Origin: Sedimentisphaerales bacterium
GTDB taxonomy: Bacteria > Planctomycetota > Phycisphaerae > Sedimentisphaerales > SM23-30
Strand: one strand, 5' to 3'
Assembly (NCBI GenBank): GCA_963666285.1
Contig: OY762711.1
DNA length: 64,000 nt
Position 1 is the first letter of the stretch. Each line of letters opens with the position of its first letter. This document shows, piece by piece, positions 1-10,666 of this stretch. The translations under genes were made by a program, and so were the position numbers. The notes under the pieces were generated by a model. The model saw only the letters and a program-made list of their open reading frames with translations, had not been told where the DNA came from and made no database searches.

Positions 1-843
1 ACCGGTAATACCGGAAAGATCCGTCGCAGAATCTGCAGGATCTTTTGGTGCGGCAAATTCAAACTGGGTAACTGTTGATGGATCTACATTTATTGCATTA
101 TCTGCAGGAGCTACTACGGTCGGCATCCAGACAGGTTCAATATCTAAAAAGAAAATCTGGCCCAGAACTGATGAACCTTCTGCCAATGTAGCATTTACAC
201 AAGTATCTTTAAAATATACACCGGCACTTGAATCATCTGTTAAACCGCCTAACCAGCCAGCAGAAGCCTGAGCGGCGATTGTTCCAGGTGTAGTTCCCAA
301 AAATCCAACTGAATGATTTCCATCAATATTTAATGTAGACGGATTCACAATATCAGTTATTTTACCAACACCATTTACATTTGAAATAACCCTGGCATTA
401 TCATAGCTAAAGCAGACATACATTTCTGTCTCAACACCCGCTTCTGCCGGAGCCAGTATAATTGCTGCTACTCCATCGCTAAAGTCTGTATCAAACTGCG
501 ATGCTGCACCACCGGCACTATTACTTTTGATCAGAAATTCAATTTGACCATCAATTATATAGATACCATTACCATTTGTTGTTCCGCCATTTTCCAGAAT
601 CATTACCGCTTGTGAAGCAGAATCTGTTATGCTCTGTGCATCCAGGGTAAATCTGGCGGCAAATGTAACATAACCGTTTCCATTATCAGCTATATCTGTT
701 GTCAGAGCATTGTCTTTTACTGCTGTCAGCTCAATCTTCGCATCAGCATCATCAAAAAACGGGACAATTTCCCCTGCTGCGGCAGATGCGGCAGAAACGC
801 CTAAAAACATAAGAAATAACCAATTTAAACAACTTGTTTTCAT
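1..843 (-). CDS. Secreted hypothetical protein, 5' part only (runs off the window start)
   Basis: Not in the ORF track. My translation from ATG 843 (RBS GGAGGA) reads MKTSCLNWLFLMFLGVSAASAAAGEIVPFFDD..., open to position 1, with a signal-peptide-like N-terminus. Confidence 0.8.
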   Translation of the reverse strand, partial: MKTSCLNWLFLMFLGVSAASAAAGEIVPFFDDADAKIELTAVKDNALTTDIADNGNGYVTFAARFTLDAQSITDSASQAVMILENGGTTNGNGIYIIDGQIEFLIKSNSAGGAASQFDTDFSDGVAAIILAPAEAGVETEMYVCFSYDNARVISNVNGVGKITDIVNPSTLNIDGNHSVGFLGTTPGTIAAQASAGWLGGLTDDSSAGVYFKDTCVNATLAEGSSVLGQIFFLDIEPVWMPTVVAPADNAINVDPSTVTQFEFAAPKDPADSATDLSGITG

Positions 844-938
844 GTTTTCCTCCAAATATAAAGGTGATTAATATAACTCAACTACTCCTAAATTTAGACA
901 CGAGCATACTCGTGACTGACTGCTGTTTTTACACTCAG

Positions 939-2636
939 TTAGTTATCTGATTCCAAGACCAGTGCCGGGCCTCCAAATAGACACCAGTCATTATAAGCGG
1001 GACGCCCTTCCAAGCTTTCTACCCCGCCATCTGTAGCCATCAACGTCAGGAATCTGTCGGTTGGTTTAATTGGAACATGCAGATAATCGCTTTCCCCTTC
1101 TTTGACACCTCTTTTTACAAAACGCTTCTCTCCATCTACTAATACCCAGAAATCTGCTAATGCCATTTCCGGTTGCGGGGATGCCTTATCGCATATCCCG
1201 TAATTAGCTGTAAACTCAATAATATTCGAAGATGAATACGCATGTCGAATCTTATCAAGATCAAAAGTAATACCGGCATTGGCATGCATAAACAAACATG
1301 TACTGCCTTTAAAGCCATATCGTTTGCCGCCTAGCGAAATATTAGTACCCATAACAACACCGGACACATTAATAATACCTCCCCAACCGGTGTCACAAAG
1401 AGCGTAATCCATATCAAATTGATTTTCATAAGAATCAACTACAAACGCTCCTTCAGCATTATATGGAATAAATACACCATCTATAAACTCATTTGAGACA
1501 TCTGTTATATATCCCTTGCTAAACATTTTTGTCTTTTTATCGTCGTAAAAACCATTAAGCGCCTTGGCCCATTTGCCTGTTGAAGTATCTATGCAGGCTC
1601 CAATAGTGCCATTGCCAAGCCCGTTTCCACCACCAACTATATCAGCCAGGTCAATTCGATTCTGCCCTTTCCACAAAACTCCTGATTCGGAATCAATGTC
1701 GCGGGTAAACAAGGCTGTATTACTTTTGGCATCTTCTACAGAACCGGTTATTCGGTCTATTTTCTTGGCATGCCCGGCAATTATGGTAGCATTAATCTTT
1801 GTATCATTATTTTTTGTTACTAAATTTGTACTTCCCTTGATCACATGAACTTCTGTCTGTCCGGTGGCACTTTCCTGAACACCAAATTCCGTACCAAGGT
1901 CAATTATTTTAGAATCTTCGGTACTGACAGTAAAACCGTATGCTTCTTCTGGAACACTGGCATATAACCGGCCATAATGTAGCTGAATCTGATTATTGGT
2001 TAAAATTTCAAATTCGGCAGGACCCTCAATAGTAACCCTGGTATTATTGTCAAAATGAAGCTCTGCATAACCAGCCCTTAAGCTTAATGCCGGGCTGGAG
2101 GTCTTCAATCTCATATCATTTTCTATTACTGTCGGATATTCACCCCACCTGGCTTCTATTGTATCTGCCAGAGTTGCAACTTCCTTGCCGCCCGTTTCCG
2201 GGGTAAAATGAATCGTTAGAAAGATCAAAAACATTGCTGCTAAAGAAGCAACCGCTGATATACTTATATATTTCAACCGGGCAATATTACGCCGTGATCT
2301 CTCCTGTGACTGCAGCCACCGCAGCATATCACCTTCAGGGTCTTCTTTGGGAGTGTTAATGGGAGGAGCAACTTTTTCCTCTCTGCCTAACTCAACCAGA
2401 ATATTAATAAAGTCTTTGACATTTATAAATTCTTTACCTGTTGTATCAGGCACCATTCCTTTTACTTCTTCAACACCGGCATAAGTCGCTAAAACATCGA
2501 AATAAGATTCCATCGCCTTCGGGCTTGTTTTCAAAAGATGCTGCAGGCGGTGAAAACCATCAGCATCAAGGGCATTATCCAAAGCCTTGATAACAAGTTC
2601 ACTTATTTCAAATAATATTATATCTTCTTTAGACAT
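939..2636 (-). CDS. FecR-family anti-sigma factor with C-terminal NPCBM/NEW2-like carbohydrate-binding domain
   Basis: Single TM helix. FecR motifs 'IEGPAEF', 'IIDLGTEFGV', 'TEVHVIKG'. C-terminus 'MHANAGITFDL...FWVLVDG...DRFLTL...DWCLFGGPAL'. Overlaps the sigma gene. Confidence 0.85.
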   Translation of the reverse strand: MSKEDIILFEISELVIKALDNALDADGFHRLQHLLKTSPKAMESYFDVLATYAGVEEVKGMVPDTTGKEFINVKDFINILVELGREEKVAPPINTPKEDPEGDMLRWLQSQERSRRNIARLKYISISAVASLAAMFLIFLTIHFTPETGGKEVATLADTIEARWGEYPTVIENDMRLKTSSPALSLRAGYAELHFDNNTRVTIEGPAEFEILTNNQIQLHYGRLYASVPEEAYGFTVSTEDSKIIDLGTEFGVQESATGQTEVHVIKGSTNLVTKNNDTKINATIIAGHAKKIDRITGSVEDAKSNTALFTRDIDSESGVLWKGQNRIDLADIVGGGNGLGNGTIGACIDTSTGKWAKALNGFYDDKKTKMFSKGYITDVSNEFIDGVFIPYNAEGAFVVDSYENQFDMDYALCDTGWGGIINVSGVVMGTNISLGGKRYGFKGSTCLFMHANAGITFDLDKIRHAYSSSNIIEFTANYGICDKASPQPEMALADFWVLVDGEKRFVKRGVKEGESDYLHVPIKPTDRFLTLMATDGGVESLEGRPAYNDWCLFGGPALVLESDN

Positions 2637-3165
2637 TAGATCCTCCGGTACTGAGCCTGTGCTTTACACACTTCACTAATGCTCCGTGTATGCGACTTAC
2701 AGTCCGGTAAACACTTTGTTTTGAAATTCCAAACTCAAGACCCATTTTTTTGAAAGTTAAATCCTGTTCGTAACGCATTTTCATGATCTTAAGGTCTTTG
2801 ACCGGCAATTTCTTCATACAAGCTTTCAATGCATCTATTCGATCTGACATATCTGCCAGCTGAGTTGACTCCGATTCAATTAAACTCAAAATATCTGAAT
2901 CAAATTGCAGCTTTGAGTTCTTATTCTTCCTGATATAATTCATTACTTTATAGCGGGCTATAGTTCTGCCCCAGCTTATAAAGTTTGTGCCAGGCTCAAA
3001 TTCATCAAATTTCTCCCACATCGTTGTCAATGTATCCTGCAGGATATCATCAGCATCTGAAGAAGAAAGAACCAGGCTCAGAATATAAACATATATATCT
3101 TTCTGACAGGATAAAACCAGACTTATGAATCTCCTGTTATCCTCGTGTCGCGAATAGTTATTCAT
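2629..3165 (-). CDS. ECF RNA polymerase sigma-70 factor (planctomycete/verrucomicrobial type)
   Basis: Region 2 'DADDILQDT...WEKFDEFEPGTNFISWGRTIARYKV' and region 4 HTH 'SVYRTVSRI'. Confidence 0.92.
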   Translation of the reverse strand: MNNYSRHEDNRRFISLVLSCQKDIYVYILSLVLSSSDADDILQDTLTTMWEKFDEFEPGTNFISWGRTIARYKVMNYIRKNKNSKLQFDSDILSLIESESTQLADMSDRIDALKACMKKLPVKDLKIMKMRYEQDLTFKKMGLEFGISKQSVYRTVSRIHGALVKCVKHRLSTGGSNV

Positions 3166-3632
3166 ATCTCACTTCATTCTATAATTGATCTTATACCCAT
3201 ATATTTCCCTAACAATAATATCGTCACCTATAAAAAATATATTTATTATTTAAAATTTGGGACAAAAAGTCATACACCCGCCATAACCCGCAAATTTATA
3301 ATTGCTTCACCGACAAAAATGAGTAGTTTCAATAATGAAATTAACTGCACTATAGTGCAATAATTTTCCACAACACTACCTAACAAGCTGACAACAAGTT
3401 TCTACATAAAACAAAAACCAAAACATAAGACTAATAATTTCAAGATGTTATAATTATTTAAAAATTCCGCCCGCACATTATCTTTAATAATATAATTACA
3501 GTTTTATTTACTTTGAGTCAAAAAACAGCTATTCTACAGATTTATTAGACTTGACATTTTAGGCTGATTTATGTACTTAAATAGAATACTGTTAAGTGTT
3601 AGTATTGTTACTTTTTATATGGAGAGTATTAT

Positions 3633-5018
3633 ATGAAATTCTATCAAAAATCTCTTTTGTCATTGTCGCTGGCATTGATCCTTTCAACTTCAGCTGTTGC
3701 AGCTGAACCATGGATGAGCATTTTCAATGGCAAAAACCTTGCCGGCTGGGAACAGAAAAACGGAAAAGCTAAATATGAAGTCAAAGATGGAGCTATTGTG
3801 GGAACTTCCACAAAAAACACCCCTAACAGCTTCCTTTGCAGCAACAGAATGTACGACGATTTTATCCTGGAGCTGGAATTCAAAGTTGATCCAAAACTGA
3901 ACTCAGGAGTCCAAATCAGAAGTAATAGTTTTCCGGAATATAACAATAACAGGGTTCATGGCTACCAGATTGAAATTGACCCTTCTCCAAGAGCTTATAC
4001 CGCAGGTATTTACGATGAAGCTAGAAGAGGTTGGCTATACAACCTTTCTGATAACGAAAAAGCACGCAAGGCTTTCAAACAAGGTGAATGGAACAAAATC
4101 AGAGTTGAAGCTATTGGCGATACTATAAAGACCTGGATTAACGATGTGCCTGCCGCTAATCTGGTTGATGACATGACATATAGCGGCTTTATCGCACTAC
4201 AGGTTCATGGCATTGGCAATGACTCTGCAAAAGATGGCACCCAGGTCTGCTGGAGAAACATACGTATTATCACCCAGGACCCTGCCAGATATGCCAGGGA
4301 AACTACTATACCGGCACAAAGCTGGTACAACAAACTCACTTCTGATGAGAAGAACCAGGGCTGGAAACTGCTTTTCGACGGCAAAACTACTAATGGCTGG
4401 AGAGGCGCGAGACTTGACAGCTTTCCTGACCACGGCTGGAAAGTTGATGACGGTCTGCTGGTTGTTATGGAATCAGGTGGTGGTGAATCTACTGCCGGAG
4501 GTGATATTGTCACAACTCAAAAATACGGTAACTTTGAGCTGAAAGTTGACTTCCTTATCACTCCTGGCGCCAACAGCGGAATTAAATACTATGTGGACAC
4601 TACCCTGAACAAAAGTACCGGCTCTTCTATTGGATTGGAATACCAGATACTGGATGACCTGCTGCACCCTGACGCCAAGCTTGGCAACCACGAAGGCAGC
4701 CGCAAAGTTGCATGCCTCTACGACCTTATCCAGGCAAAAGATAAATCACCAAGACAGATGGGACAATGGAACCATGCTCGAATTTTTTCAAAAAATGGGC
4801 ATGTCGAACATTGGCTAAATGGTCGTAAAGTCCTGGAATTTGAACGCGGAAGCAAGGAATTCAGAAAACTGGTTTCTGAAAGCAAATACAAACAGTGGTC
4901 GGAAGAGAGTATCAAAAGAAATCAGCCGCAATTTGGCGAATTACCTGAAGGCGAAATTCTTCTCCAGGACCATGGCAACACCGTTTCATTTAGAAATGTA
5001 AAGATTCGCGAGCTATAA
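3633..5018 (+). CDS. Secreted tandem DUF1080 (3-keto-disaccharide hydrolase-like) protein
   Basis: Signal peptide and two repeats of 'FNGK/FDGK..GW...NSG...GYQI/EYQI...LQxHG...FRN'. Confidence 0.9.
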   Translation: MKFYQKSLLSLSLALILSTSAVAAEPWMSIFNGKNLAGWEQKNGKAKYEVKDGAIVGTSTKNTPNSFLCSNRMYDDFILELEFKVDPKLNSGVQIRSNSFPEYNNNRVHGYQIEIDPSPRAYTAGIYDEARRGWLYNLSDNEKARKAFKQGEWNKIRVEAIGDTIKTWINDVPAANLVDDMTYSGFIALQVHGIGNDSAKDGTQVCWRNIRIITQDPARYARETTIPAQSWYNKLTSDEKNQGWKLLFDGKTTNGWRGARLDSFPDHGWKVDDGLLVVMESGGGESTAGGDIVTTQKYGNFELKVDFLITPGANSGIKYYVDTTLNKSTGSSIGLEYQILDDLLHPDAKLGNHEGSRKVACLYDLIQAKDKSPRQMGQWNHARIFSKNGHVEHWLNGRKVLEFERGSKEFRKLVSESKYKQWSEESIKRNQPQFGELPEGEILLQDHGNTVSFRNVKIREL

Positions 5019-5043
5019 ACATAATTCGCTTCGATTAACAAAT

Positions 5044-5079
5044 AAAAAAGGGTATCTCTTGACGAGATGCCCTTTTTTT
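5044..5079 (+). terminator. Intrinsic terminator, probably bidirectional
   Basis: AAAAAAGGGTATCTC-TTGAC-GAGATGCCCTTTTTTT between convergent genes. Confidence 0.85.
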
Positions 5080-5119
5080 ATTCATCTTATTATTATAGTG
5101 CTCAAGCTGTTATATTGAT

Positions 5120-5287
5120 TTAAGGTGACCTCTGGAAATTGCTTTTGATGCGATAGTTTAAGATTTTGGTTGCTGACAAGTAACATAAAATCGTGCATAT
5201 TGGCTATATTCACTGTTTTATGTGACGCATGTCAGCAAGTAAAAGAAAAACTTGTCGCTCAAAATGAATTTTCAGAAGTTGCCTTAA
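5120..5287. mobile_element. MITE-like palindromic element, family A copy 1
   Basis: TTAA|GGTGACCTCTGGAAATT...AATTTTCAGAAGTTGCC|TTAA. Near-identical to 12101-12268. Confidence 0.85.
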
Positions 5288-5818
5288 TTATGCTCCGCCC
5301 TGAGAAACAAAACCCTGGGCTTCACCACCGGTCTCTGCCGGGGTACCGGCAATTCTCGCCAGGTAAGCTGCACCTAGTTTTTCGATATGCCCGGAAACAT
5401 TATCAAAATAGTTAAAATGCTCCTGTTCTTCATCAATAATCTGATCAAATAACTTCACACTTAAGCTATCACCATTTTCACGGCAAACCTGCAGAAACTC
5501 GTTATAAGCCGCAACTGTCTCATCCTCTAGACCTGAGTCAAAAGGAAAAACTTCCTCAACCTCTTGTCCCTTGGTTACAGGATCTGACTTCTCGGTTGTC
5601 GGGTCGCCGCCCAGCTCTTTGATTCGTTCGGCAAACATCTCGGCATGTCTCATTTCATCAATCGCAATCAATTTAAGATTCGCCGCCAGCTCACCATAAT
5701 CCATATCATCCAGACTGTAATGCTGATTCATATACTGATGAATAGCGTGCAGCTCCATTGAACGTGCCTTGTCTAATACCTCGATAACATTCTTTTTAGC
5801 CTGTTCTCTTGATGCCAT
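5288..5818 (-). CDS. bfr: Bacterioferritin, Desulfovibrio type
   Basis: MASREQAKKNVIEVLDKARSMELHAIHQY...IDEMRHAE...EEQEH carries the ferroxidase E/H residues and the haem Met in DEMRH. RBS AGGAG precedes ATG 5818. Confidence 0.92.
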   Translation of the reverse strand: MASREQAKKNVIEVLDKARSMELHAIHQYMNQHYSLDDMDYGELAANLKLIAIDEMRHAEMFAERIKELGGDPTTEKSDPVTKGQEVEEVFPFDSGLEDETVAAYNEFLQVCRENGDSLSVKLFDQIIDEEQEHFNYFDNVSGHIEKLGAAYLARIAGTPAETGGEAQGFVSQGGA

Positions 5819-5896
5819 AATTTTATCTCCTATTAGCGTCAATATATATGTGTTGTAAGCATTCACAGGTGCGCTATTTACGTCAGATTCTGTGTT

Positions 5897-5965
5897 TGCG
5901 AAGCTTTTAAATAGTTCGCGATAGCGACACCTTAGCTTATTTCTTTTTACTTATATCTTATTACT
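5897..5965 (-). repeat. REP-like unit (heptamer run + AGGTGT hairpin), family D
   Basis: Minus strand: ...GAAATAAGCTAAGGTGTCGCTATCGCGAACTATTTAAAAGCTTCGC. Matches 12306-12376. Confidence 0.7.
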
Positions 5966-5992
5966 GTAACCGTGTGAACGGTTACAATGCGT

Positions 5993-7015
5993 TTAATGTG
6001 AATTGCATTTCGCAAATACCATTCTGCCCGCTGACGTCTGCAAGGCAGAAGTAACCATTACTCTTTGCTCTTTACCAATAAATTGTTTACCGTTTTCCAC
6101 TACTACCATGGTACCATCGTCGAGATAACCTACCGCTTGACCGGCCTGGTCTCCTGCTTTTACAAGGTGTACATCTAACTCTTCACCAGGTATAACTACT
6201 ATCTTTAGCGATTTTGCCAGCTCATTGATATTTATAACCTCAATACCTCGAACTGTCGCTACTTTATTCAGGTTATAATCGTTGGTCATCAGCTTACCTT
6301 CAAGCCTGCGGGCTGCGGTTACCAGCTGCAAATCTGTCGGCTCAGTTCTTTCTTTCGCAGTCATATCAACATCCAGAATCTCAACATCTATGTTCGGATT
6401 CTCCTGAAGCTTACTGACAATATCAAGACCTCGACGCCCCCTGTTTCTCTTTATCTTATCAGCCGAATCTGCTATCAGTTGCAGTTCGTTAATAATAAAT
6501 CTGGGGATAATGAACGGCGAGTTAAAAATCTTTGTCGATGCAATATCTGATATTCTTCCGTCTATAATAACAGATGAATCCATTATAAACGGTCTGATTC
6601 CCTTGGACTGCTTACTGAATTCAACATATGGGATAATAAACTTAAACGAATCCTTGGTCTTCATAACAAACGTTACCGACCAGTAACAGAAAAGCACCGT
6701 CATTACCCACACAATAGTCGGCTTTGCCAGTAAAATCGCACTTTCATTTGTAAGTTTATAGGTTTCCAGAATCATCTCAAGAAATAAACCAAAAGCCAGA
6801 CCGATAAATAAACCAATAACTACCCCAAGAATAATACCGGCAAAAGCCGCTATATTCTTCTGCGATACTACCAGGTCAACTCCCAAACCAAAAAGTAAAA
6901 ATAAAGATACAGACAAAACCATTCCACCTGGGCTTATAGAACCATTCTTAACGCCAATAAAAGAAACGGTTATGCCCAGCAGGATAAAAACAAGCCTAAC
7001 AAACCAAAATAGCAT
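5993..7015 (-). CDS. Membrane PIN/TRAM domain protein (YacL-like)
   Basis: N-terminal TM helices, PIN 'MDSSVIIDGRI...RGRRGLD...TNDYNL', TRAM 'GQAVGYLDDGTMVVVE...QTSAGRMVF'. Confidence 0.92.
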   Translation of the reverse strand: MLFWFVRLVFILLGITVSFIGVKNGSISPGGMVLSVSLFLLFGLGVDLVVSQKNIAAFAGIILGVVIGLFIGLAFGLFLEMILETYKLTNESAILLAKPTIVWVMTVLFCYWSVTFVMKTKDSFKFIIPYVEFSKQSKGIRPFIMDSSVIIDGRISDIASTKIFNSPFIIPRFIINELQLIADSADKIKRNRGRRGLDIVSKLQENPNIDVEILDVDMTAKERTEPTDLQLVTAARRLEGKLMTNDYNLNKVATVRGIEVININELAKSLKIVVIPGEELDVHLVKAGDQAGQAVGYLDDGTMVVVENGKQFIGKEQRVMVTSALQTSAGRMVFAKCNSH

Positions 7016-7154
7016 ACAATACTCCCACAAATAATAATATAAATAATGTTTTGGATCGACACATTCAATCCAAAGATATAATGAAATTCACAATACTGCA
7101 TTCACAACTTAAACTGGAATAATCGCCAAGAAGGCCATATACAATTTTAAATCG

Positions 7155-8336
7155 CTACTTTAAGAATAAATAATATAATCGTCCTTCTTCACAAGTATAA
7201 CCGGCTAACTTTCCGGCATGATCGCCTATACCCATATAAATATCACATCTGCCGGGCGCTCTTATCGCTCCGCCTGTGTCCTGGTCCAGCATAAAGCCGC
7301 TGAATGGCTGTTTTACTATATCATTACCCATCTGCTTGGGCAGCTTTGTATCAATAAAAGCCAGGCATCCTCTTGGATATACCGATTTATCTGTCGCTAT
7401 TGTTCGCATCTCAGTTACTTCGACATTCAAACTGCCGACCGGTTGGGTATCCTGTTCACGGAAAAATACAAAACGAGGATTCTTATTCACATAACTGTCA
7501 AGTAATGTTGGATGCAGCTTAAAAAATGATATCATCCGGGACAGATTGATCTGATCTGCTGAAATCTGGTTATCTTTTACCAGTTCTGCATTTATACTTC
7601 TATATTCATGACCGTTATTACCGGCATAGCCCAGAGTTATCAAACTGCCATCTTCGAGCCTTATCTTGGCAGATCCCTGAACATGGGCAACATACACATC
7701 AAACTTATCTTTCATCCAAATCAGTTCACGACCGGAAAGCATATTTGAGCTTTCTATCTCTGCACGAGATGGATACTTAACGACTGAACCATTTCCAAGC
7801 TTTCGGCCCAGGATATTACCCTCGCTGTCTTTCACCAGATCATCCGGCAAACCATACAGCGGATACTGGTAAACCCCGCTTCGTTCCCTGCTGCCGTCAA
7901 ATATCGGGGTATAATAACCGGTAAACAAAACTGTACCGGCATTATCACAGCCCACAGACTCATAAATATCAAATTTTGCCATTATCTGACGTTTTAATTC
8001 CTCGGCCCTCATTCCGGAATTTAGCATTTCTCTCATGGCTTTAAGAGAATCGACAGCCTTTCCATAGCTTATCTGGCCATATGGAAAATATTTTTCACTC
8101 GATGGCTTAGAAAAATATTCGAGAGAGTTATCAATCGTTGCCGCAAGATTGTGCAGATCGTAACATGCCCAGGTCAAGTCAGGCAACCGGGAAGGATCTG
8201 TGATTTTTCTCAATGCCAGTTCACCCGGCCCCAGCGGCTTATCATACTGTTTCTTTTCGGGTTTACTGCACCCGGTAAATACTATCAATGCTGTCAATAA
8301 TACCATCCATGGGATCTTCAACACTATTAACTCCAT
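7155..8336 (-). CDS. mltA: Membrane-bound lytic murein transglycosylase A (lipoprotein)
   Basis: 'FTGYYTP', 'VQGS', 'NPRFVFF', 3D domain 'DQDTGGAIRAPGRCDIYMG', lipobox VFTGC. Start uncertain; the track's TTG at 8390 lies inside a repeat. Confidence 0.88.
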   Translation of the reverse strand: MELIVLKIPWMVLLTALIVFTGCSKPEKKQYDKPLGPGELALRKITDPSRLPDLTWACYDLHNLAATIDNSLEYFSKPSSEKYFPYGQISYGKAVDSLKAMREMLNSGMRAEELKRQIMAKFDIYESVGCDNAGTVLFTGYYTPIFDGSRERSGVYQYPLYGLPDDLVKDSEGNILGRKLGNGSVVKYPSRAEIESSNMLSGRELIWMKDKFDVYVAHVQGSAKIRLEDGSLITLGYAGNNGHEYRSINAELVKDNQISADQINLSRMISFFKLHPTLLDSYVNKNPRFVFFREQDTQPVGSLNVEVTEMRTIATDKSVYPRGCLAFIDTKLPKQMGNDIVKQPFSGFMLDQDTGGAIRAPGRCDIYMGIGDHAGKLAGYTCEEGRLYYLFLK

Positions 8337-8373
8337 ACTATTTAATAATTTAAGCTTAATAATCCAATAGTCT

Positions 8374-8579
8374 GCTTTCGCACTTTTCAAGTTGCTGCAA
8401 ATGCCTGAAAGGAATTTCCTGCAACACTTATGTTTTAATCAAAGCGTCAGGCGACATGTCCTGAGCTGGTCTAAGGATAGTCAAACACCTTAATATTCTT
8501 CTTTTCACTGTTCGTTTTCCACTTAATTGGCCCGGTTCCAGACCTCGCAGATAAAATTAACAGTTTAAAGTACAAAAGC
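8374..8579 (-). mobile_element. TIR-bounded composite repeat, family B copy 1
   Basis: Ends GCTTTCGCACTTT / AAAGTACAAAAGC. Its reverse complement is collinear with 50126-50353. Confidence 0.75.
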
Positions 8580-8841
8580 ATACCAATACTATACTGTTAG
8601 CATATAATAAAGCCGTATTATACCTTGAAATAGTTGAATATGCAAACTCCAGATTACTATCAAATTGCCTATTTTCAGTTTTTCAAATATAAAAGGAAAA
8701 AGAACAACATTTTTCTGGAAATATAGCTATGTTTAGATATCATTAGCTTTTCATTACTGCATTGTTAGATATATTAACACCTTGTTAACATACAATTAAC
8801 CCCTCTCCTTCACACTAGCTTTATTTGACAAAGGTATTTTA

Positions 8842-10560
8842 ATGAACACAGCAGAGATAGTAGAAATTGTTTTTAAGGTAATTGGTGGTTTGGGTATTTT
8901 TCTCCTCGGCATGAAAAACATGTCTGAAGGAATGCAAACCATTGCAGGAAGCAGACTTAGAGCAATAATTAACGCTATTACCTATAACCGTTTTCTCGCT
9001 TGCGGCGTTGGTACGGCAACTACCATGATTATCCAGTCCAGCTCAGTTACCACTGTTATGGCCGTTGGTATGGTTAACGCAGGACTTATGACTCTGGTAC
9101 AGGCAATAGGTGTAGTTCTTGGGGCCAATATCGGTACAACTATCACTGCATGGATTTTTACCTTCAAAATTGGCGGTTACGGCTTACATATTGTAGGTAT
9201 TTCTGCTCTTTTCTATCTTTTCAGCAAAAAAGACAGACTTAAATTCTGGGCTACCTTCTTTCTCGGGCTTGGACTTGTGTTCTTTGGTCTGAAACTTATG
9301 GGCAGTGAACTCAAACCTTTATCCAAAAACCCGGACTTCCAGACATGGTTCGGTTCTTTTTCACCTATAACCGAGCACGGCATTAGCTACTTGAAAGTAT
9401 GGCAATGCTGCCTGGTAGGAGCCTGCGCCACTGCCATTATCCAATCATCATCTGCTATGATCGGTCTTACCGGCATACTGGCTGCCGCCGGTACTATTGA
9501 CTTCACAACCGCTGCCGCTCTGATACTGGGCGAAAATATTGGTACTACTGTTACCGCCGTTCTGGCCTCGATCGGAGCTTCTACAAATGCTAAAAGAGCG
9601 TCACTGGCACATGTAATGGTAAACATCTTCGGCGTTCTTTGGGTCACGGCTATTTTCAGCGTCTTTGTTGGCTTTGCGTCGGAAGTTGCTATCTGGTGGA
9701 CTCACTGCGAACCTTCACTGCTCGCCGAAAGAATACTCAATAAGACCACTGAACAGGAAAAAGATATCAAAATTGCCATCGCCATCGCTCATTCCAGTTT
9801 TAACGTAGTTAATGTCATTATTCTTCTACCTTTCGTTGGTATTCTTGCTAAGATGCTGACAAACATTATCCCCGATAAAGGAATCAAAGAAGTACATCAT
9901 CTTAAATATCTGGATGTCAGGATGCTGGAAACTCCGGCTATTGCCCTCGAACAAAGTCACAAGGAAATCGGGCACATGGCTGATACCACCGAAAGAATGC
10001 TTAACCTGCTGGAACCGCAGCTCTTTGACCTGAATGCTGACGAACATAATAACGAAAAAATATTTAATAAAGAAAATGTACTCGATAATATTCAAAAGGA
10101 AGTCACCGAATTCCTCAGCAAGACCTTAACCGGCCACACTTCATTAGAACAGGCTGAAATTGCCCGCTGCCACATCAGGCTGGCTGACGAATACGAATCA
10201 ATTAGCGATTATGTTACAGCTTTACTAAAGCTGCAATTAAAGCTGACCAAGAATGAAATGGTTCTTCATGAAGAAGGCAAAGCCGAGCTGAAAGAGCTTC
10301 ATAAAGATATCACTGAATACTTCAAGATGATAAATGATGCTATGAAAACCAATAATTCTGACATCCTCTCCAAGGCTCAGACTAAAGGAAGTGCGATTAC
10401 TTTCAAGATCAAGCAGTTCCGTACCCAGCACCTTGAAAGGGTAAGTGCCGGTAAGACAAGCCCGCTGCATAGCCTTATCTTTACCGACATGCTAAACTCA
10501 TATCGTAAGATTAAAGACCATGCTCTTAACGTTGCTGAAACAATTGCCGGAGCAAAATAA
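8842..10560 (+). CDS. Na+/Pi cotransporter family protein with PhoU-like C-terminal domains
   Basis: Two 'QSSS' repeats, 'GANIGTT'/'GENIGTT', and C-terminal 'EYESISDY' and 'KIKDHALNVAE'. Confidence 0.92.
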   Translation: MNTAEIVEIVFKVIGGLGIFLLGMKNMSEGMQTIAGSRLRAIINAITYNRFLACGVGTATTMIIQSSSVTTVMAVGMVNAGLMTLVQAIGVVLGANIGTTITAWIFTFKIGGYGLHIVGISALFYLFSKKDRLKFWATFFLGLGLVFFGLKLMGSELKPLSKNPDFQTWFGSFSPITEHGISYLKVWQCCLVGACATAIIQSSSAMIGLTGILAAAGTIDFTTAAALILGENIGTTVTAVLASIGASTNAKRASLAHVMVNIFGVLWVTAIFSVFVGFASEVAIWWTHCEPSLLAERILNKTTEQEKDIKIAIAIAHSSFNVVNVIILLPFVGILAKMLTNIIPDKGIKEVHHLKYLDVRMLETPAIALEQSHKEIGHMADTTERMLNLLEPQLFDLNADEHNNEKIFNKENVLDNIQKEVTEFLSKTLTGHTSLEQAEIARCHIRLADEYESISDYVTALLKLQLKLTKNEMVLHEEGKAELKELHKDITEYFKMINDAMKTNNSDILSKAQTKGSAITFKIKQFRTQHLERVSAGKTSPLHSLIFTDMLNSYRKIKDHALNVAETIAGAK

Positions 10561-10570
10561 GAAAGATAAC

Positions 10571-10607
10571 AAAAAAAAGACAGGGTATTTAATCCTGTCT
10601 TTTTTTT
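10571..10607. terminator. Bidirectional intrinsic terminator
   Basis: A8-GACAGG-loop-CCTGTC-T8 between convergent genes. Confidence 0.88.
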
Positions 10608-10666
10608 ATTGCCGGATAATATAAAAGCAAATAGTTTAGTTTTACATCGCTACCTGGCAGCATAGA

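Noticed and set aside
5288..5350. Encapsulin targeting peptide on the Bfr C-terminal tail
   Set aside because: The tail resembles the ordinary Desulfovibrio-type Bfr C-terminus, and no encapsulin gene is in the window.
5170..5415. 81-aa ORF, and similarly 24674-24898, 23138-23356 and 51140-51361
   Set aside because: These frames run through non-coding repeats or antisense to real genes.
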